Source of the DNA: an uncultured Planctomycetales bacterium | GTDB taxonomy: Bacteria; Omnitrophota; Gorgyraeia; Gygaellales; Profunditerraquicolaceae | Length of the DNA stretch: 64,000 bases | Assembly (NCBI GenBank): GCA_964427405.1 | Contig: CAYRUB010000008.1 | Span: 31,428 to 95,427, forward strand | Reading direction: 5' to 3' | Shown here: positions 39,701 through 45,919 of the stretch, one piece after another | Numbering within the stretch: the stretch's first letter is position 1 | Layout of the letters: each line of letters opens with the position of its first letter | Program-made: the position numbers and the translations under genes | Notes under the pieces: generated by a model | The model's input: the letters and a program-made list of their open reading frames with translations, nothing else | What the model was told of the DNA's origin: nothing | Databases searched by the model: none

Positions 39701-39917
39701 GCTCCTGAGCGCAAAAACCAAAACAACCTACTTTAGTTAAGACCGCCGGTACTTTTCGTTTTGCAAGCGCAACTTTAAAAGCCTGGAATAATTCCCGCGC
39801 ACCATTTCCAATACCACAAGTCCCCATGCCGACGGCGATACGCACGCATTTAGATAATAACTTCGCTGATCCTTTTTCTTTAATCAGTCGTAAGTCTTCG
39901 GCATTCCTAATAATCAT
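36771..39917 (-). CDS. Fusion protein: thioredoxin-like [2Fe-2S] domain + NuoF-like flavoprotein (HydB) + GltD/NfnB-like FAD/NAD(P) oxidoreductase
   Basis: 1048 aa. N-terminus [14 protein letters not shown]…[25 protein letters not shown] NuoF motif; 2x[4Fe-4S]; C-terminal half [49 protein letters not shown], aligning to nfnB (23946-25364). Confidence 0.75.
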   Translation of the reverse strand: [1048 protein letters not shown]

Positions 39918-40462
39918 TTCTTGATTCTCCGGGAGTTGATGCCTTTTATAATCTTGCGTATTTTCTCCGTAGTCATGCGGCTATAAATATTTCCGTCTAC
40001 CTCAATTACGGGAGCCAGCGCGCACTGGCCAAAACAGGCTACAGTTTTAATCGTGAACTTATTATCTTTGGTAGTCAGGAACGATTTACCATCCTGGCTA
40101 AAATCATCTTCTTTAAAACCGAATAAGTTGATTAAGAAATCCAGCAGGTTTTTTGATCCCCGGGTGTGACAGGCCGTGCCCCGACAGACAATAATTGAAT
40201 GCTCGCCCTGCGGCCTAAGGTTAAAGAAGGCATAGAAAGTAATAATGTTATATATTCTGGATAAAGGTACCTTGGCTTTCCGGGCTATATATTCTAAATC
40301 GCCCTGAGCAAGATATTTATGCTTATTTAATTTCTGGGCATCCTCTAGTATTCCCAGGAGCCTGCCCGGCCTATCTACGTAAAGAGAGATAATTTTATCC
40401 AACTCTACCCTATCCAAACAAGATTTTGTAATATCTTTTTCTTTTAACGCAACCTTACTCAT
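39914..40462 (-). CDS. NuoE-like [2Fe-2S] subunit of the second hydrogenase/Stn-like module
   Basis: 182 aa, CRGTACHTRGS…VACFGQCALAPVIEV. Confidence 0.7.
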   Translation of the reverse strand: MSKVALKEKDITKSCLDRVELDKIISLYVDRPGRLLGILEDAQKLNKHKYLAQGDLEYIARKAKVPLSRIYNIITFYAFFNLRPQGEHSIIVCRGTACHTRGSKNLLDFLINLFGFKEDDFSQDGKSFLTTKDNKFTIKTVACFGQCALAPVIEVDGNIYSRMTTEKIRKIIKGINSRRIKK

Positions 40463-40480
40463 CGTTTCCTTAAAATTATA

Positions 40481-41107
40481 TTATTTAGTCTTCTCCGTTA
40501 CATTAACAAAATAAATAAGATTTTCTAATTCAATCTCCAAATTAACATTATTAATAATACAACCTTCGGCGGCTTTAAGCCTTAGCGGCGCAAAATTAAG
40601 TATGCCTTTAATTCCCGAAGTACAGATTAAATCAACAGCCTGCTGGGCAGCTATATCCGGAACAACTAAAATAGCTATACGTATGCCATTAGATTTTATA
40701 AAAGACTTGACCTCCTCTAAAGGCAGGACCGGAACAGGATTAGAACGATTGATCTTAGCCGGGTCAATATCGAAACCGGCAACAATTTTTATGCCTTCTT
40801 TCTCAAATCCCCGATAGCGCATAAGCGCGCTGCCGATATGTCCGGCACCGACAACAATAACCTTCTGTAACTGATCCTTCCCGAGGATGCTGTTTAATTT
40901 CTCAAGCAGCGAATCAATCTGGTAACCTCCTTTTTTATTTCCGGAGATACCAAAAATTGAAAAATCTTTCCTTACCTGGGAAGCGGTGCCCCCTACGGCG
41001 TCTGCCAGGTTATCTGAGAAAACTTTCACAAAACCCAAGGCTTGTAATCTGTAAAGAGCGTTTTTATATCGGGAAAGCCGAATGATGCAGTTTTTATTAG
41101 TAATCAT
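40481..41107 (-). CDS. rex: Redox-sensing transcriptional repressor Rex
   Basis: 208 aa. N-terminal winged-helix RLSRYKNALYRL and Rossmann VIVVGAGHIGSAL NADH-binding domain. Confidence 0.8.
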   Translation of the reverse strand: MITNKNCIIRLSRYKNALYRLQALGFVKVFSDNLADAVGGTASQVRKDFSIFGISGNKKGGYQIDSLLEKLNSILGKDQLQKVIVVGAGHIGSALMRYRGFEKEGIKIVAGFDIDPAKINRSNPVPVLPLEEVKSFIKSNGIRIAILVVPDIAAQQAVDLICTSGIKGILNFAPLRLKAAEGCIINNVNLEIELENLIYFVNVTEKTK

Positions 41108-41109
41108 AT

Positions 41110-41127
41110 TGTTCTATTTTTCACAAT
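41110..41127. promoter_or_regulatory. Candidate Rex operator (TTGTTCTATTTTTCACAA) directly upstream of the rex ATG
   Basis: 14/18 match to the TTGTGAAatatTTCACAA consensus, with a perfect TTCACAA right half-site. Confidence 0.4.
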
Positions 41128-41187
41128 AACAAGACCAATATAACATTTCTGGTTTATTTGTCAAGAATATTTTTTAATTAAGTGATA

Positions 41188-42459
41188 TTATTTACTCCAA
41201 ACAAACCAAACAAATAAATACGCGGCAAATACTGCGGCAAAAGTAAAAGGAATTCCAATCTTCATAAAATCTTTAAGCCTGACTTCATATCCCTCTTTTT
41301 TAAGCAAGCCGCAAGTAACAATATTAGCCGAAGCGCCAATTGGCGTAATATTGCCTCCTAAACTTGCGCCGATAAGTATGCCAAAAAGAAACAATGGAGG
41401 GTTTACATTCAATTTATTAGCCATCTGGATTGCAACAGGTAACATAGCTGCTAAAAAAGGAACATTGTCCACAAACGCAGAGATAATGACTGAAATAAAT
41501 ACAAGTAACGTATAACCAAAGAAAATATTCCCCCCAATTACATTAGATAAGCATTGGGCGATGCTATCTACCCATCCGGTTAAAACAAGGCTTCCAACCA
41601 GAATAAATATTCCCATAAGAAATAACGTTGTATCCCAATCCAGCGATTTTATCAGTTCAAATACGCTCCTCTTATTCGCCATCTTCTCCCATATTGCTGA
41701 GATAACCCCCATAACCATACAAATAATCCCAGCCGCAGATGTGAAACCAGTATCAAAAAATGAGGAAACAGCAAGCAAAATTATCAATAGAACAAGCAAA
41801 ACAGTTGGGGTCCATGATTGCACCTTTTCTACAGGAACAACTTTAACCTTATGCCTCTCTTTCCGGAACAAAAACATCAAAACAAAAAATGAAGCAAGGG
41901 CGCCCAATTCAACCGCGAAAAATATGCTCGGTTTCCCTCTATAAAGAAAAAAATCACCGAAATTCATTTTCGTAAAACCTGCTAAAAGCATACTGGGAGG
42001 ATCTCCGATTAAAGTTGCCATACCTTGCAGATTACTTGATATTGCAATTGCAATCATCATTTTCATTGGATTAAGATTTATTTTACGGGCAAGCATTAAA
42101 GCAATAGGGGCAATGATAAGAACCGTTGCTACATTCTCCACAAAAGCAGAGATAAAACCAGTAAGGGCGCACAAAAGTAAAATTGCCCAAGCAGTATTCT
42201 TGGATTTATCAACAATAATCTCAGCAATAACCGCAGGCACTTTACTCCTCATAAAAACATCCGCCACGGCTAATGTCCCCACAAAAATCCCCATCACGTT
42301 CCAATTCACGGAGCCAAAAGCCTCAGGAAATGACAACACCCGGGTCATCAAAAGCAGGCCGGTTGCAATTATCGCAAACAGGGACCTTTTTCCAGGGAAC
42401 GCCACGAACAAAATATAGGCCAAAACAAAAAAGATAAACGCAATAATACTTCTATCCAT
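41188..42459 (-). CDS. ArsB/NhaD (CitMHS)-superfamily anion permease, ~12 TM
   Basis: 423 aa, highly hydrophobic, with internal duplication typical of ArsB/NhaD permeases. Its start is 2 nt after the stop of small ORF a. Confidence 0.65.
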   Translation of the reverse strand: MDRSIIAFIFFVLAYILFVAFPGKRSLFAIIATGLLLMTRVLSFPEAFGSVNWNVMGIFVGTLAVADVFMRSKVPAVIAEIIVDKSKNTAWAILLLCALTGFISAFVENVATVLIIAPIALMLARKINLNPMKMMIAIAISSNLQGMATLIGDPPSMLLAGFTKMNFGDFFLYRGKPSIFFAVELGALASFFVLMFLFRKERHKVKVVPVEKVQSWTPTVLLVLLIILLAVSSFFDTGFTSAAGIICMVMGVISAIWEKMANKRSVFELIKSLDWDTTLFLMGIFILVGSLVLTGWVDSIAQCLSNVIGGNIFFGYTLLVFISVIISAFVDNVPFLAAMLPVAIQMANKLNVNPPLFLFGILIGASLGGNITPIGASANIVTCGLLKKEGYEVRLKDFMKIGIPFTFAAVFAAYLFVWFVWSK

Positions 42460-42461
42460 TC

Positions 42462-42605
42462 CTATTTATTAACTTTATCCGAAGATTGAGTTTTATTTTC
42501 TTCTTTTCCGCCTTGATTACTTTTAACGATCATAAAAATGAAAAAAAATATTACTGCTGCCCCGAGAACATACACGGGCCAATCCTGCGCTAGATTACCT
42601 GTCAT
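42462..42605 (-). CDS. Small membrane peptide a (47 aa: MTGNLAQDWPVYVLGAAVIFFFIFMIVKSNQGGKEENKTQSSDKVNK), translationally coupled to the permease
   Basis: AGGGAGGA RBS 8 nt upstream. Single TM segment. TAG stop 2 nt before the permease ATG. Paralogous to peptide b. Confidence 0.5.
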   Translation of the reverse strand: MTGNLAQDWPVYVLGAAVIFFFIFMIVKSNQGGKEENKTQSSDKVNK

Positions 42606-42651
42606 CTTAGAATCCTCCCTTTCTTATTTTATCAACGATTCCATTCCCTAA

Positions 42652-42726
42652 TCAAATAAATAATACAAAATATGCCTACGCCTAAAAACACATAAATGGT
42701 CCAACCCTGCCATACGCTTCCGGTCA
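42652..42726 (-). CDS. Small membrane peptide b (24 aa: MTGSVWQGWTIYVFLGVGIFCIFI)
   Basis: AAGGAAGGGGA RBS. Shares the MTGxxxxxWxxYV(L/F)G motif with peptide a. Coordinates ±1. Confidence 0.4.
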
Positions 42727-42755
42727 TTCCAACTCCCCTTCCTTCTTTACTTTAT

Positions 42756-42866
42756 TTAGTCTTGCTTCTTGATTTTGGCTTTTCTAGTATTTATAAAATA
42801 AAAAAACACCGAAAACAAAATTGCCAATAACAATACTCCCAGATTTTGCAATACATGAAGCCACAT
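42756..42866 (-). CDS. Small membrane peptide c (36 aa: MWLHVLQNLGVLLLAILFSVFFYFINTRKAKIKKQD)
   Basis: Perfect AGGAGG RBS 5 nt upstream. One TM helix plus a basic tail. Confidence 0.45.
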   Translation of the reverse strand: MWLHVLQNLGVLLLAILFSVFFYFINTRKAKIKKQD

Positions 42867-42874
42867 GAAGCCTC

Positions 42875-42985
42875 CTATTTTTTAAGCCGTTTTAATACCT
42901 GAGAATCACCGCTTATGCCTTCTTTAAATATCCTGCTATAACAAAAAACTAGCATGCTCAAGATAAACGTCCAGGAAATTATCAT
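42875..42985 (-). CDS. Possible small peptide e (36 aa: MIISWTFILSMLVFCYSRIFKEGISGDSQVLKRLKK)
   Basis: The ORF ends in the TAG that forms part of the RBS of peptide c. Weak RBS of its own. Confidence 0.25.
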   Translation of the reverse strand: MIISWTFILSMLVFCYSRIFKEGISGDSQVLKRLKK

Positions 42986-43019
42986 AAATATCCAGCCGCT
43001 CAACCTCAATCCACACCCC

Positions 43020-43118
43020 TTATCTAATGTTATGAGTAATCGCAAAAATCACACACAAAACCCCTACCAAAATACAAACTCCGAATATAATAAATATAAT
43101 CCGCATTCCTTTATCCAT
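43020..43118 (-). CDS. Small membrane peptide d (32 aa: MDKGMRIIFIIFGVCILVGVLCVIFAITHNIR)
   Basis: AGGAGG RBS 4 nt upstream of the ATG. One TM helix. Confidence 0.45.
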   Translation of the reverse strand: MDKGMRIIFIIFGVCILVGVLCVIFAITHNIR

Positions 43119-43133
43119 TCTTCCTCCTGGCAA

Positions 43134-43192
43134 TAAAAAAACCATCTCGCATTAACATGCAAGATGGCGGCCCGACCATCTGAATCCTCCGG
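43134..43192 (-). terminator. Conserved double-hairpin plus U-tract motif (copy 1) after treT and upstream of peptide d
   Basis: Minus strand: AGATGG-tcgggccg-CCATCT hairpin, TGCAT-gtta-ATGCA hairpin, then GATGGTTTTTTT. Core catgcaagatggcggcccgaccatct is identical to the copy at 48171-48236. Confidence 0.4.
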
Positions 43193-43229
43193 AAATGCAC
43201 CCGCAGTTCCGAACCCTTATCCTAATAAA

Positions 43230-44444
43230 TTAACAGAGATGAACGATATCTTCGGGATAATATAACGAAAGAAATAATAACATATAATCCCGAAGATGGC
43301 GCGTAATCAGAAAGTTATTTTTTATATGCTCCCTTCCATTTGCTCCTAATTTCTTGGCGTATTCCGGACTGCTTAAGAGCTGTTTTATAGCAAAACTGGC
43401 TCCTTCGATTGAATAACAAAGCAAACCTGAATATTTGTGTTTTATTTGCAAAGGAATACCCCCGACATTTGAAGCTACAACAGGCTTTGCTTTCCATAAG
43501 GCCTCTGCGACCGTTAATCCGAATCCTTCCTTAAGGGACTTCTGGACAATTATATCTGCTGCCCTTTGTAAGGCATTGACCTCTATATCATTCTGGGGCA
43601 ATAGTAGAATATGAATATCCTGATCGTTCTTAGCTTTTTCTTGAACTTCCGATAAGACCTTGAATCCTTCCGGATCATCTTCGGCAGTGCCACCGGCCAG
43701 TATCAACTGACAATCAATATATTTTTTCACCTGCAGGTAGGCGTCAATTACACCTAACGGGTCTTTTAAACGATCAAAGCGGGATATTTGAATAAGGATT
43801 GGTTTATCTTTTTTTATATTGTATTTTCTTAAGACCAAGTTTATCGTTTCCTCCGGTAATTCCCTGTTTTTATCGCTTAATGGATCAATGGAAGGAGGAA
43901 TTAAAAATTGCCTAATGGGTAATTTCCGGGAAAAAGCTGGCGCAGAAAATACCGCTGAATCGTACTGAGTGATAAAATCCATAAGAAATCCCCAAACCTT
44001 TTCATTGGGGTCAGATACGTCAACATGACAACGCCAAAGCCATTTATTAATAGTCTTCTTTTTTATCAGTGCTATTGGCTGCGGATCGTGAACAAAGACT
44101 ATGTCTCCATAGGTATCAATATTTTCGATATTCTGCTGGCTTGTTTCCATAAATATCTCAAAATCCCTTTGAGTTATTTCTTCCGCTCTGCCATGCAAAG
44201 CATTATGAAACTTTTTAGTCACTTCAAAAAACTGTTCTCCGCCCTTTATTACGTCCCATTTGGTATCTACTCCCAATTCCCTCAATAGCGGAACCATCCG
44301 GTTTAATATCTCAGCGACTCCGCCACCCACCGGGGTAGAATTTATGTGTTGGACGACCTTGCCTTTTAACCGTTCGCCGAGTAATTTTAAATCATCAATA
44401 ACCGCCTGCCCTACCAAGGGAATATATTCTTCTATTTTTGCCAT
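43230..44444 (-). CDS. treT: Trehalose glycosyltransferring synthase TreT (GT4)
   Basis: 404 aa. VNSTPVGGGVAEILNRMVPLLRELGVDTKWDVIKGGEQFFEVTKKFHNALHG aligns closely to my recollection of archaeal/Thermotoga TreT (VNSTSFGGGVAEILHSLVPLL…FHNALQG). …PPSIDPLS… and …EGFGLTV… are also shared. Confidence 0.75.
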   Translation of the reverse strand: MAKIEEYIPLVGQAVIDDLKLLGERLKGKVVQHINSTPVGGGVAEILNRMVPLLRELGVDTKWDVIKGGEQFFEVTKKFHNALHGRAEEITQRDFEIFMETSQQNIENIDTYGDIVFVHDPQPIALIKKKTINKWLWRCHVDVSDPNEKVWGFLMDFITQYDSAVFSAPAFSRKLPIRQFLIPPSIDPLSDKNRELPEETINLVLRKYNIKKDKPILIQISRFDRLKDPLGVIDAYLQVKKYIDCQLILAGGTAEDDPEGFKVLSEVQEKAKNDQDIHILLLPQNDIEVNALQRAADIIVQKSLKEGFGLTVAEALWKAKPVVASNVGGIPLQIKHKYSGLLCYSIEGASFAIKQLLSSPEYAKKLGANGREHIKNNFLITRHLRDYMLLFLSLYYPEDIVHLC

Positions 44445-45116
44445 TTAATCAGCTATCCTTCTTGCCACTATTTGGATAATCGTATTTCTTAAATCCTCTA
44501 AAGTACGGGTATAAGGATCAAAACCGGAGATTTCACCGGCTAATTCTTTATCGCCTAAAGAGTTCTCTATCCAATATGAGAAATCATTAGTCGGCTTTTC
44601 AAGACGAAGCCGCGCTTCAAAAATATGAAAATAAATAGAATCAAGGGTAATCTTTTTCAAAACCTCAATAAACTCCTTTAAATCATAAGCAATATAGTTT
44701 GTCGGCAGGATAAAACTGACTGATTTAATAAAATGAAACTCTTCTCCGGGCCTGGCAAATTTCAACTTGGCAAACGGGCTATCCCTTAAATAGTCCTCAA
44801 TGGTTAAAGAAATTTTCTCTCGTAAATCACGAATGGTTGAATATTGCATGGTATCAATACTAACCAATTTTTCCCCAAGTTCATCTTCTCCAAGAACTTC
44901 CATAACCCAATAAGAGAAGTCATTGGGAGGCTCGGGAGAAAGATACTGATGCTGCTGCAGGAATCTATGGGTATGGTGATAAATGCAGGAACCGGGGACT
45001 TCCTTAATCAGAGCCAAAAGCTGGCCTAAGGTGGTGGCCCGCAATCCGGTCAACTCCGATAAGTGCAATCTCGTACAAAATTTAAATGGCTCTTTTGCTT
45101 TTGCTAATTTAATCAT
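44445..45116 (-). CDS. Uncharacterised protein with two tandem ~40-aa NDFSYW…LGxxELG repeats, embedded in the trehalose operon
   Basis: 223 aa. PPNDFSYWVMEVLGEDELGEKL… and KPTNDFSYWIENSLGDKELAGEI… repeats. The stop abuts the treT start and the start lies 6 nt after the otsB stop. Confidence 0.5.
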   Translation of the reverse strand: MIKLAKAKEPFKFCTRLHLSELTGLRATTLGQLLALIKEVPGSCIYHHTHRFLQQHQYLSPEPPNDFSYWVMEVLGEDELGEKLVSIDTMQYSTIRDLREKISLTIEDYLRDSPFAKLKFARPGEEFHFIKSVSFILPTNYIAYDLKEFIEVLKKITLDSIYFHIFEARLRLEKPTNDFSYWIENSLGDKELAGEISGFDPYTRTLEDLRNTIIQIVARRIAD

Positions 45117-45122
45117 GGCTAT

Positions 45123-45917
45123 CTATTTTTTGAATTCAGATATCAAACGTAAAAATTTAATTACCTCTCTGGGGTTCTTTAAATAGTAATTCGCCGCAGA
45201 ATTGCCGGGCTTCCCCACAAAAACAGTCAACCCTCTTCTTTTTAAAACCCTAAAAGCGTCTTCATCAGTTACGTCGTCTCCGATATAAATGGGTAAGACA
45301 TTTCTTTTTCCAAAAATGAATTGCTGTTTTTCTAGAAACCATAAAACAACTCTCCCTTTATCCCATTTAACTGGAGGTTTTATCTCATAAACTTTTTTAC
45401 CGGAATTAACTTTTATTTTGTCGCTCATCATATAGGGATTAGTAACTTCGTAAACAATCTTATCGAATACAGGCATATCCTTTTTACTAACTAAACGGTA
45501 GTGAATACTTAGGGTTAACCCCTTATCTTCAATTAGCGCGCCTTTGATGCCAAAGAACCGCTTCTGTATATTTGTAGCGATGTTTCGTAAAATTGATCTC
45601 AATCGCGGTGAAACCTGGCTTTCAAATTTAATCTTCGGGCCTTCAATCTCTAAGCCGTGATTACCTGCATAAATAATACCATCTACCCCTACTATATTTC
45701 TTATGTCTACCAGCTTCCTACCGCTGATAATACCTATTTTACAATAAAGACTTCCGGACAATTTCTGTAATAATCCTTTTGCATCCTTACGGATAATTGC
45801 CTTACTAGGAGTCTCTACAATAGGCGTTAATGTCCCATCGTAATCCAGCAAAAGTAAAATAAATTTATTGCTCAATAGTTCTTTTATCTTACTAAATTGC
45901 GGGAATAAATATTCCAT
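45123..45917 (-). CDS. otsB: Trehalose-6-phosphate phosphatase (HAD-IIB)
   Basis: LLLLDYDGTLTP DxDGT motif. 264 aa. 2 nt after the otsA stop. Confidence 0.8.
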   Translation of the reverse strand: MEYLFPQFSKIKELLSNKFILLLLDYDGTLTPIVETPSKAIIRKDAKGLLQKLSGSLYCKIGIISGRKLVDIRNIVGVDGIIYAGNHGLEIEGPKIKFESQVSPRLRSILRNIATNIQKRFFGIKGALIEDKGLTLSIHYRLVSKKDMPVFDKIVYEVTNPYMMSDKIKVNSGKKVYEIKPPVKWDKGRVVLWFLEKQQFIFGKRNVLPIYIGDDVTDEDAFRVLKRRGLTVFVGKPGNSAANYYLKNPREVIKFLRLISEFKK

Positions 45918-45919
45918 AT

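Noticed and set aside
42954-43136. 60-aa plus-strand ORF antisense to the small-peptide array
   Set aside because: No RBS, and a low-complexity N/P/Q-rich translation. The opposite strand has SD-preceded hydrophobic peptides.
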